Assembly (NCBI GenBank): GCA_023250585.1
Contig: JAHFAK010000004.1
Coordinates: 1-44,882 of the forward strand
DNA: 44,882 nucleotides
Source of the DNA: Deltaproteobacteria bacterium
Lineage (GTDB): Bacteria; Bdellovibrionota_F; JAHFAK01
Direction: 5' to 3'
Positions 1 through 8,461 of the stretch are shown in pieces (within the stretch, counting starts at the first letter, position 1; each line of letters starts with the position of its first letter). The translations under genes were made by a program, and so were the position numbers. The notes beneath the pieces are model-generated. The model saw only the letters and a list, made by a program, of their open reading frames with translations, searched no databases and was not told where the DNA came from.

Positions 1-76
1 GTTTTTAGTGGATTCTTCCCGTTGATTTTTGTATAGATGCTCCAGTATTTGTGCTCGTGAAGTTTCCGGAGGGAAA

Positions 77-1117
77 ATGCATACTCAGCAATGCACTACA
101 TGTGGTAAAAATTTTGTTCCTAAATTTAGTTTTCAGAAAGTAGACGCTAACGGAACTCTTACTTTTTACTGTTCGATTTCATGCCGTAATCCGGTTTTGA
201 ATACAAAAGAGTCAAAAATATGTTCTGTGTGTAGTAAGCTGACTCCTATTACTAAGATCAATCAAATCTATAGCGTCAATGGCGCTACTTATTATTTTTG
301 CGATACGACCTGTCGGGCACAATTTCTCGCGAAAAAAGAAGAACCAAAGGAAAAATTTCCATCGACAAAAAGTGCTCGTAAGATTGCAATTTTAAATAAA
401 AAGGGTGGAACCGGAAAAACAACAACAGCATTGAATCTTGCTGCTTCATTATCAATTAAAGGCTATAAAACGCTTCTTGTTGATACCGATTCGCAAGGCA
501 ATATTGCTGCAAGCTTGGGTCTGAAATGGCCACGTACTTTGGGACATTTTTTAGCGGATGGAATCCAGTTTGAGAGTTGTATTGTTTCAAAAGCTCCGAA
601 TTGGGATATCATGCTTTCCGATGAAGATATTGCTCATGTTGAGTTGAATTTAGCTACGGTAAAAGAACGAGAGTTTGTTTTAAAAAAGAAGTTTGAAAAG
701 ATTTCTCCACGTTATGACTTTATTATTTTTGATTGTGCTCCATCACATAGCTTGATGAATAAGAATACTTTGCTTTTTGTTGAAGAACTTATCATTACCG
801 TTTCATGTGACTACTTATCGGTCGTTGGTCTCAACCAAGTACTCAAATATATAAAACATATAAAAGATCTCTATAAACATAATATTAAAATCTTAGGTAT
901 TCTTCCTACATTTTACGATATTAGAAATAATATTGCTAATAGAGTGATCGAACTTTTACGTTCGAACTTTAATGGCAAAGTTCTCGATCCTATACGAATT
1001 AATACGACCCTCCGAGAAGCGCCTCTTTATAAAAAAACAATTTTTGAACATGATCAGCTATCCCGCGGAGCAGAGGATTACCATAATCTCACTGCGCATG
1101 TGATAAGGAAAGCTTAA
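77..1117 (+). CDS. ParA/Soj-family ATPase with N-terminal Cys-rich (TRASH/YHS-like) metal-binding repeats
   Basis: Deviant Walker A NKKGGTGKTTT, LLVDTDSQGN and DFIIFDCAPS motifs. Two CxxC...[YF]CxxxC repeats in the first ~85 aa. Start taken as ATG 77 after GGAGG; the ORF track starts at 29. Confidence 0.85.
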   Translation: MHTQQCTTCGKNFVPKFSFQKVDANGTLTFYCSISCRNPVLNTKESKICSVCSKLTPITKINQIYSVNGATYYFCDTTCRAQFLAKKEEPKEKFPSTKSARKIAILNKKGGTGKTTTALNLAASLSIKGYKTLLVDTDSQGNIAASLGLKWPRTLGHFLADGIQFESCIVSKAPNWDIMLSDEDIAHVELNLATVKEREFVLKKKFEKISPRYDFIIFDCAPSHSLMNKNTLLFVEELIITVSCDYLSVVGLNQVLKYIKHIKDLYKHNIKILGILPTFYDIRNNIANRVIELLRSNFNGKVLDPIRINTTLREAPLYKKTIFEHDQLSRGAEDYHNLTAHVIRKA

Positions 1118-1124
1118 AACTCCT

Positions 1125-2861
1125 CTATGCTCTTCCAAACATTCGCTCGAATTGTCCTAATGTATATTTGATATAGATAGGCCGGCCGTGTGGACATGTT
1201 TGATTATGTCGTGCGTGATCGAGGTCAGCCAGAAGAAGGCGTATCTGTAATTCATTGAGATTTTTATTCGCCCGCAATGAATGATGGCATGAGAGAGTTT
1301 TTAAAATATTCTTTTTGATTTCTTCTGCATTTGTTACAATATCATTTTCTTCAAGTTCTTCATACAGATCTCGGAATAATTTTTCTACATGTGCTTCTAA
1401 AAATAAATTTGGAATAGCAGCAAAGATAAGCTGCTCGTCTTGTATGGCGAGATTGAATCCAATGGTTTGCAGCTCTTCGATAAGACAAGAAATAATTTTT
1501 TTATTGAGATTCTCTATTGGAATAGCAACAGGGAAAAGCAGCTTTTGTATTTTTTTGTCCTGGTTTTTTTCCAGTGTACATAATCGTTCATACGTAATTC
1601 TTTCAGCTGCTGCATGTTGATCCATTAGAATGAGATTATTATCTTTTTCGAGTATGATATACGTGCTATTGTATTGCCCTATAATAGTGCTGTCTGCAAA
1701 GGAAGAAGCCTTTTCTATTGATTCATCAATGACCGGGACATTTTTCTTTTCTTCAATAAAATTCATGTGCATTATTGCTTCTTGAGGTGATTTTTGCGGA
1801 ATAGTCTTGGCATAAAAAGATTGAGATGAAGATTGAAAGAAATTTTGAGCAGCAGTTTGGGTGGGCTTACTATAATAATTTTTGTTAATCAGAGCATGTT
1901 TAATACTTTTATAAATCAGCTGGTATATCTCGTTTTGATTGGAAAATTTTACTTCTTCTTTTCGTGGATGAACATTCACATCAATCCGATGAGGAGGAAT
2001 CGTAATATAAAGAACAGCAATAGGGTATTTTCCATGAGGAATAATATCTTGATAGGCATGCGTAATTGCATGATTGAGAGAAGAATTCCGAATAGTGCGA
2101 TTGTTGACATACGTATATATGCTTTGGCTATTTGATTTCGTAGAATGTGGATGAGAAACATAGCCAAAAAGTTCTATATCAAAGCTATTATGGTGAAATT
2201 CAATAAGATCGTTCTCATTCATGCCAAATATTCGAAGGATTCTTTCTTTGCTTTTTGCTGTACGTGGATAGTGAATATGTTTCGAATCAGCATGGAGTGT
2301 AAATGAAATATTTTCAAACCCGCACACACAATAATTCCATTTAGTAATACAATCTTTTCGTTCTGTCTCTTCACCTCGCAGAAATTTTTTTCGCACCGGT
2401 GTATTAAAGAATAAATCTTCTACAGTGATAGATGTTCCATCTTTACATCCAATCGGTTCACTATGAATAATTTCTCCACCTCGCAAGACAATACGTGTGC
2501 CTAAATCACTATTTTTTTGTTTTGTTTCAATTTTCATTTTTGATACAGCTGCAATAGACGGAAGCGCTTCACCTCTAAATCCCAGTGTTGAAATTGTATA
2601 GAGGTCATGTATATCTTTAATTTTACTTGTGGTGTAACGTTTCAAAGCGAGTAAAACTTCTTCACTACTCATGCCGATGCCGTTATCTTCAATTGTTATT
2701 GATTCAATGCCTGAACTGGTTATTGCAACCGTAATTTCTGAAGCTTCTGCGTCTATGGAATTTTCTACAAGTTCTTTAAGAATAGATGAGGGACGTTCAA
2801 CAACTTCGCCTGCTGAAATTTTATTAATGAGATCTTCGGGGAGAATGTTGATCTTACTCAT
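1125..2861 (-). CDS. mutL: DNA mismatch repair protein MutL
   Basis: KISAGEVVERPSSILKELVENSIDA, GFRGEAL, DVNVHP and endonuclease motifs DQHAAAERITYE and CPHGRP. Confidence 0.98.
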   Translation of the reverse strand: MSKINILPEDLINKISAGEVVERPSSILKELVENSIDAEASEITVAITSSGIESITIEDNGIGMSSEEVLLALKRYTTSKIKDIHDLYTISTLGFRGEALPSIAAVSKMKIETKQKNSDLGTRIVLRGGEIIHSEPIGCKDGTSITVEDLFFNTPVRKKFLRGEETERKDCITKWNYCVCGFENISFTLHADSKHIHYPRTAKSKERILRIFGMNENDLIEFHHNSFDIELFGYVSHPHSTKSNSQSIYTYVNNRTIRNSSLNHAITHAYQDIIPHGKYPIAVLYITIPPHRIDVNVHPRKEEVKFSNQNEIYQLIYKSIKHALINKNYYSKPTQTAAQNFFQSSSQSFYAKTIPQKSPQEAIMHMNFIEEKKNVPVIDESIEKASSFADSTIIGQYNSTYIILEKDNNLILMDQHAAAERITYERLCTLEKNQDKKIQKLLFPVAIPIENLNKKIISCLIEELQTIGFNLAIQDEQLIFAAIPNLFLEAHVEKLFRDLYEELEENDIVTNAEEIKKNILKTLSCHHSLRANKNLNELQIRLLLADLDHARHNQTCPHGRPIYIKYTLGQFERMFGRA

Positions 2862-2931
2862 ATATAGAAGTTACTTAACTAATCTCGTATTGCGAATCAA
2901 TAAAAAAGCATTGTAACAGCTCAGTAAATGG

Positions 2932-3058
2932 GGTAGTAAGGGAGTAGGTAAGTTCTAAAGAAGTATGTATATCGACGTCGCTTCCATAATACTTTTAAGA
3001 ACAGGAAAGCGCGCTCGATATACATACTTCTTTAGAACTTACCTACTCCCTTACTACC
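2932..3058. repeat. Long hairpin element, family 1, copy 1
   Basis: 44-bp perfect inverted arms 2932-2975/3015-3058 around a 39-nt core whose reverse complement matches copy 2 at 37/39. Confidence 0.95.
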
Positions 3059-3112
3059 TGAGGGATTACAAAGCATTACAATTTTTCCTGCAAGATACTA
3101 CACAATTTATGT

Positions 3113-3661
3113 ATGATGAAAACATCTGATATTATCAATCTTCCAAATGTAATTACTTTTTTGCGAGTGCCGTTAGCATTCTTATGGTTAGCTTATTATC
3201 AAGATCATGGCATTCAATTAGGAATTATTGTTGTCATTATTCTCACCGATATTATTGATGGCTATTTAGCCCGAAAGCTCAGACGTGTGACTGACTTCGG
3301 TAAAATCTTTGATCCTATTTGTGATAAATCAATATCGCTCTTCGCATTTTTTTGTTTCTACTTTTTAGGAAAAATTAACGGCGGTCAGTTATTTATATTC
3401 ATTGCTCGAGATGTTTTTATTTTCATGGCAGTGATTTTTTATTTATTATTTTTTAGAAAATACAAAATAAAATGGCGTGCGCGATTTTTAGGTAAGCTGA
3501 CCACAGCCGCGCAATTCCTTGCTATATTTGCCTTTACGCTATCTTATGATTATTTTCTAGAACTTTTCATTCTTGTTTTTGTTTTTTCTTTTTTATCTAT
3601 CATGGATTACTCATTATTTTTTATTTCTTCATTGAAAAAAAGAGAAGTTGTCGCAGAATAA
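3113..3661 (+). CDS. CDP-alcohol phosphatidyltransferase (PgsA-like)
   Basis: NLPNVITFLR and DIIDGYLAR...FGKIFDPICDK signature; hydrophobic. Confidence 0.92.
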   Translation: MMKTSDIINLPNVITFLRVPLAFLWLAYYQDHGIQLGIIVVIILTDIIDGYLARKLRRVTDFGKIFDPICDKSISLFAFFCFYFLGKINGGQLFIFIARDVFIFMAVIFYLLFFRKYKIKWRARFLGKLTTAAQFLAIFAFTLSYDYFLELFILVFVFSFLSIMDYSLFFISSLKKREVVAE

Positions 3662-3766
3662 AATAATTCTTTGGAAATGCTTGTATTTAGATGACATGAC
3701 GGTGTACACGAAAAATATTATTTTGTTTAAATTTACGACAAAAATAAAAATATTGTACAACTTTGT

Positions 3767-3795
3767 TTGACATAGAAAAAAAAATACTTTAAAAT
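3767..3795 (+). promoter_or_regulatory. sigma-70 promoter for the Lys-rich small ORF
   Basis: TTGACA (3767-3772), 17-nt spacer, TAAAAT (3790-3795). Confidence 0.75.
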
Positions 3796-3846
3796 TTGAT
3801 TTATAGAGCGAAGTGCAGACTATAACTTTAAACAAAGGAGGCCATC

Positions 3847-3912
3847 ATGGCAGCTAAGAAAAAAACAAAGAAGAAAGCAACAAAGAAGAAAGCAACAAAG
3901 AAAAAGAAATAA
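3847..3912 (+). CDS. 21-aa Lys-rich small protein MAAKKKTKKKATKKKATKKKK (histone H1/Hc1-like low-complexity peptide)
   Basis: Manual translation; AAGGAGG RBS just upstream, consensus promoter, downstream hairpin; too short for the ORF track. Confidence 0.75.
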   Translation: MAAKKKTKKKATKKKATKKKK

Positions 3913-3948
3913 CGTTGCTTTTTTAAATTTCTGTTAGAACATTTCATC

Positions 3949-4009
3949 AATAAGACAATCCCAACAACTTAATTCTAAATATGAACTTCTTAGGGGTTGT
4001 CTTATTTTT
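3949..4009. terminator. Putative terminator hairpin between convergent genes
   Basis: AATAAGACAATCCC (3949-3962) / GGGGTTGTCTTATT (3993-4006) followed by a T-run; the loop is long. Confidence 0.45.
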
Positions 4010-4024
4010 ATAAGTTTCTTAATC

Positions 4025-6640
4025 TTATTTAAACACATAGACTGCTCCGCTATTAGTCACACTATTATCGCTTTGTGTACCGTTAATACCTGTTGCATTA
4101 CTGTCTTCATTATATGCACCAACAACAATCGTATCACCTGATATTTTTACCTCTATTCCAAAATAATCAGTTGACCCCGGATTAGAAGCTTTTAAATATG
4201 CTCGCTGAGTCCAGGTAGAACCACTGCGTGTAAATACATATGCCGCGCCACATTCACTACAAGTATTATCATTTTGATCTCCATCTATGCCAGTTGCATT
4301 ACTGTCATCAGCATAGGCACCAACAACTATAGTATCGCTTGATATTGCTACGCTCCATCCAAAGTAATCGAACATTTCCAGATTAGAAGCTTTCAGATAG
4401 GCTTGCTGACTCCATGTTGTTCCACTTCGAGTAAATACATATGCAGCTCCACTACCATCTACACTATTACCGCTACCGTCTTCTTGATAAGCACCAACAA
4501 CAATAGTATCTCCTGATATTCCTACACTCCACCCAAAGCTATCATCCGCTTCAGTATTAGAAGCTTTTATATAGGCTTGTTGACTCCATGTAGATCCACT
4601 TCTTGCAAAAACATATACTGCTCCACTATTGCTTGCACTATTATCGCTTGCATTTCCATCAATTCCTGTTGCACTACTGTCTTCGTAACGACTTGCGATA
4701 GCAATAGTATCCCCTGATATTACTGTACTCCATCCAAATTGATCATTAGCTTCAGTATTAGAAGCTTTCAGATAGGCTTGCTGACTCCATGTAGTTTCAC
4801 TGCGGGTAAATACATATGCCGCGCCACAATTAGTCACGCTATTATCGCTTTGATTCCCACCTACTCCGGTTGCATTACTGTCTTCGAAGTAAGCACTAAC
4901 AACAATAGTATCTCCTGATATTCCTACGTTATTTCCAAATTTATCAAATGCTCCAGTATTAGAAGCTTTCAGATAAGCTTGCTGACTCCATGTAGTTCCA
5001 CTGCGGGTAAATACATATGCCGCTCCACTATTGCTTGCACTATTATCAGTTTGATTCCCACCTACTCCGGTTGCATTACTACTTTCTAAATAAGCACCAA
5101 CAACAATAGTATCTCCTGATATTGCTACGCTATTTCCAAAATTATCCCCCGCGCCAGTATTAGAAGCTTTGAGATAGGCTTGTTGACTCCAGGTAGAACC
5201 ACTGCGTGTAAATACATATGCCGCGCCACTATCAGCAGCACTATTATTAGTTGAATCGCCATTGATTCCTGTTGCATTACTGTCTTCGTTATAAGCACCA
5301 ACAACAATAGTATCTCCTGATATTGCTGTGCTATATCCAAAGAAATCAGATGCTCCGGTACTAGAAGCTTTCATATATGCTTCTTGTGCAGTAAGGCCTC
5401 GTGTTACTACAATAGTATATGTTTTTTGAGTGGTTTGATCTTCTGCTGTTACAACAACCGTTATCGTATTGGTTCCTAAATTCATAGTTATACTACTCGA
5501 AGCATTTCCTGAAGTTACACTGCTACCATTGACCGTTATACTTGCTCCAGATTGTTCTTTGGTCGGAGTTACCGTGATTGATGATGTACCTATACCTACA
5601 CTCGCCGTATATGAGGTGATTGCAGCAGAAAATGCAGGAGCTACAGTTCCCGATGATAAAGTTAATGCTGATAGATTTGCATTACTCGATGCAACTACAT
5701 CAGTGATTGTAACACTCACTCCGCTTTCCATTTCACCTGCCGCATTTTTTGTATAGACGAGTAAATAAGTAGCATTAGTTGGAATTGCCGTATTTGCGGG
5801 GATAGCATACGTAAGATTACTACCTGATTTAGCAATTGTTGAGATTGCAGATTGTCCTGAAAGTTTCGTTGATGAATTACTTCCGTAGTATAAAACATAG
5901 TGAGTAATATCAGTTTCATTAGATGCTTTAGTTATGGATACGTTTCCTGCAATTTCATTCGCTGTAATATCCGTATCGGTAAATGAAACTCCCTGGGCTG
6001 CGTATTGCGGTACTGCAACATCTATAATTGCCGTGCTAATAGAAGAGCTCATTTCCCCTACGCTATTTTTAGTAAAGACGAGTAAATAAGTAGCATTTGT
6101 TGGAATTGCAGTATTTGCCGGGATAGTATAGATTAGATTACTACCCGTTTTCGCAATCTCTTTAATAGCACTTTGTCCGGCGAGTTTTGTCGTTGCATTA
6201 CTTCCCCAATATAAAACATAATCGGTGATGTTGTCTTCATTAGCAGCCTTTGTAATTGAAACTGTTCCTCCTAGTTCATTTAAAGTATAATCGCTATCAG
6301 TAAAGGTGATATTCCCTGCTTTATCTTCAGGTAAGGTAGCTGCTTTAGCATTGCTTTCTACGACTGTTGTACTGCTGGTAGTAGTAGTTGTTGTTGTGCT
6401 CTCAGCTGCTACTTCGTCATCTGAAGTAGCTTCCTCATCTTCTGTTGCTTCAGTGCTGTCTGTCACTGCAGCGGTATCTTCTTGGGTTGAGTCTTCTGTT
6501 GTTGTTATACTCGTATCATCATTAGGATCAGGTTGTTCGCTTGTACTACATCCAGGGGTTACACTTCCTCCTCCTAGACATAAACACAGTAAGAATAAAA
6601 AAAGATACGTAAGCAGTGATTTGGTAAGTATAGATTTCAT
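4025..6640 (-). CDS. Secreted/lipoprotein with two Ig-like repeats, a cadherin-like beta-sandwich and a 7-repeat FG-GAP (integrin-alpha-like) beta-propeller
   Basis: Signal peptide with Cys, acidic/Thr linker, two 107-aa repeats, NLSALTLS...YTIVVTR sandwich, and seven YxKASN...FGxSVAISGDTIVVGA repeats. Confidence 0.85.
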   Translation of the reverse strand: MKSILTKSLLTYLFLFLLCLCLGGGSVTPGCSTSEQPDPNDDTSITTTEDSTQEDTAAVTDSTEATEDEEATSDDEVAAESTTTTTTTSSTTVVESNAKAATLPEDKAGNITFTDSDYTLNELGGTVSITKAANEDNITDYVLYWGSNATTKLAGQSAIKEIAKTGSNLIYTIPANTAIPTNATYLLVFTKNSVGEMSSSISTAIIDVAVPQYAAQGVSFTDTDITANEIAGNVSITKASNETDITHYVLYYGSNSSTKLSGQSAISTIAKSGSNLTYAIPANTAIPTNATYLLVYTKNAAGEMESGVSVTITDVVASSNANLSALTLSSGTVAPAFSAAITSYTASVGIGTSSITVTPTKEQSGASITVNGSSVTSGNASSSITMNLGTNTITVVVTAEDQTTQKTYTIVVTRGLTAQEAYMKASSTGASDFFGYSTAISGDTIVVGAYNEDSNATGINGDSTNNSAADSGAAYVFTRSGSTWSQQAYLKASNTGAGDNFGNSVAISGDTIVVGAYLESSNATGVGGNQTDNSASNSGAAYVFTRSGTTWSQQAYLKASNTGAFDKFGNNVGISGDTIVVSAYFEDSNATGVGGNQSDNSVTNCGAAYVFTRSETTWSQQAYLKASNTEANDQFGWSTVISGDTIAIASRYEDSSATGIDGNASDNSASNSGAVYVFARSGSTWSQQAYIKASNTEADDSFGWSVGISGDTIVVGAYQEDGSGNSVDGSGAAYVFTRSGTTWSQQAYLKASNLEMFDYFGWSVAISSDTIVVGAYADDSNATGIDGDQNDNTCSECGAAYVFTRSGSTWTQRAYLKASNPGSTDYFGIEVKISGDTIVVGAYNEDSNATGINGTQSDNSVTNSGAVYVFK

Positions 6641-6906
6641 GATGCCCCCTAAATTTAATTGTACCTAAATTAAGATAGGTACTATCCTTAAATATTAGTA
6701 TATCATTATTTTATTATAAGTGCAATAGAATTAGCTATGAGATACATCACGTCTCCTTGGATAAGAAGACCTTTTGGCTTAATTGCTTGAATTTATTGGT
6801 ATATTTCAATAACATTTATCTGACGATTCTTACATTTTTTTCTTGCATAGAGCGTAATTTTTTGGTAGCTAAAATAAGTTTACTAATATGGTTATGTAGC
6901 TTATGG

Positions 6907-6934
6907 AGGCTTTCTCGAGAAAGCCTTTTTTTTT
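6907..6934 (+). terminator. Intrinsic terminator/attenuator-like hairpin in the nusA leader
   Basis: Perfect palindrome AGGCTTTCTCGAGAAAGCCT followed by a long T-run. Confidence 0.65.
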
Positions 6935-6935
6935 A

Positions 6936-7069
6936 TTAATGAAACTCTACAAACGCCCATCTACGGCGTTAGTCAGTTAAGATCCTCCTTGCGGCGTAAC
7001 TACAATGTACGCCTCAGTCGGCATCTTAACTGACTGCCTTGTATCTGAGCATTTGTAGAGTTTCATTAA
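6936..7069. repeat. Palindromic element, family 2, copy A (MITE/REP-like)
   Basis: 18-bp perfect outer arms TTAATGAAACTCTACAAA/TTTGTAGAGTTTCATTAA, 13-bp inner stem AGTCAGTTAAGAT/ATCTTAACTGACT, central GGCGTA...TACGCC. Confidence 0.85.
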
Positions 7070-7086
7070 AATAATGGAGAAACATT

Positions 7087-8436
7087 ATGTCTGAATTAAA
7101 TAGAATTTTGGATCAGGTTGAAAAAGATAAAGGGATTGATAAAAAAATCCTTATTGAAGCCCTCGAGCTAGCTATGCTTACTGTTGCTCAGAAAAAACTG
7201 GGAACTGCGAGAGAAATTGAAGCTCAGTACAATGAGGAAGCAGGCGAAATAGAACTTTTTGAATTTAAAACTGTTGTTGATAAAGTAGAAAATCCTCAAG
7301 TGGAAATGACTATTAAGGAAGCAAAGGAAATAGATCCAGATGCTCAAGTTAATGATAGCCTTGGAGTTAAACTCGATTCAGCTGAATTCGGAAGAATTGC
7401 AGCGCAGGCAGCCAAGCAAGTTATTATTCAAAAAGTTCGAGAAGCAGAAAGAGATATTGTATTTAATGAATATAAGGATCGCAAAGGAGAAGTTGTTACT
7501 GGAATTTTGCGTCGAGTAGAGCACAAGGATTTAATTATTGATCTAGGAAAAACCGAAGCCGTTCTTCTCGAGGAAGAACAAGTAGCAAAAGAACGCTATC
7601 ATACGGGAGATCGTATTCAAGCCTATATTTCCAATGTTCATAAAATATCACGAGGCCCTCAAATTGTACTGTCGAGAATTCATCCGGGATTATTAATTAA
7701 ACTTTTTGAAACAGAAGTTCCTGAAATTTATGAAGGTGTAATTAAAATAAAAGGCGCCGTACGCGAACCTGGCGATCGAGCAAAGATCGCAGTATATTCA
7801 GAAGATTCGGATGTTGATCCCGTTGGAGCATGCGTAGGGTTAAAAGGATCTCGTGTTCAAAATGTTGTACAAGAGCTACGAGGAGAAAAAATTGATATTG
7901 TTGAATGGGATCCAGATCCTGCAAAGTTTGTATGCAATGCCATTGCTCCTGCAGAAGTTCAAAAAGTAATTATTGATAAAGAAGAAAAGCTCATGCAAAT
8001 TATAGTGGGAGATGATCAGTTATCTCTTGCAATTGGTAAACGTGGTCAAAACGTTCGTCTTGCTGCTCAATTAACTGGTTGGAAAATAGATCTTCATTCA
8101 GAATCACAGGTAAAAAAGAAAACGGAAGAAACGAAGAAAATCTTGCTTAAATTACAGGATATGGACACTGCTCAAGCCGATCTTTTACTTAAACAGGGAT
8201 TTTCCGATGTGCTTGATATACAGGCATTAAGTGATAATGATTTGTCTGATATGTTGGGTATTAGCGTTGATCGTGCTAAAAATATTCTAGAAAATCTTAA
8301 AAAGGTTGTAGAAGAAGAAAAGAATAAAGTTACAAAAGAGCAGGAAGAAAAAGTCACTGAAGTAAAGAATGAAACGGAATCAAAAGAGTCACATTCAGAA
8401 CCTACATCAGTAGAAAATAACGATACCAAAGAATAA
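7087..8436 (+). CDS. nusA: Transcription termination/antitermination factor NusA
   Basis: FGRIAAQAAKQVI, REPGDRAKIAV, DPVGACVG, SLAIGKRGQNVRLA. Confidence 0.98.
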   Translation: MSELNRILDQVEKDKGIDKKILIEALELAMLTVAQKKLGTAREIEAQYNEEAGEIELFEFKTVVDKVENPQVEMTIKEAKEIDPDAQVNDSLGVKLDSAEFGRIAAQAAKQVIIQKVREAERDIVFNEYKDRKGEVVTGILRRVEHKDLIIDLGKTEAVLLEEEQVAKERYHTGDRIQAYISNVHKISRGPQIVLSRIHPGLLIKLFETEVPEIYEGVIKIKGAVREPGDRAKIAVYSEDSDVDPVGACVGLKGSRVQNVVQELRGEKIDIVEWDPDPAKFVCNAIAPAEVQKVIIDKEEKLMQIIVGDDQLSLAIGKRGQNVRLAAQLTGWKIDLHSESQVKKKTEETKKILLKLQDMDTAQADLLLKQGFSDVLDIQALSDNDLSDMLGISVDRAKNILENLKKVVEEEKNKVTKEQEEKVTEVKNETESKESHSEPTSVENNDTKE

Positions 8437-8461
8437 TAGGTACGTGGAGATACAAAAACGA

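Noticed and set aside
6661-6692. Partial similarity (TAAATTAAGATA) to the operator at 26678
   Set aside because: A short AT-rich match without the same dyad; compatible with chance.
6757-6939. 60-aa ORF upstream of nusA as a rimP remnant
   Set aside because: No RimP motifs; it has a TTG start and runs through promoter and terminator sequence.
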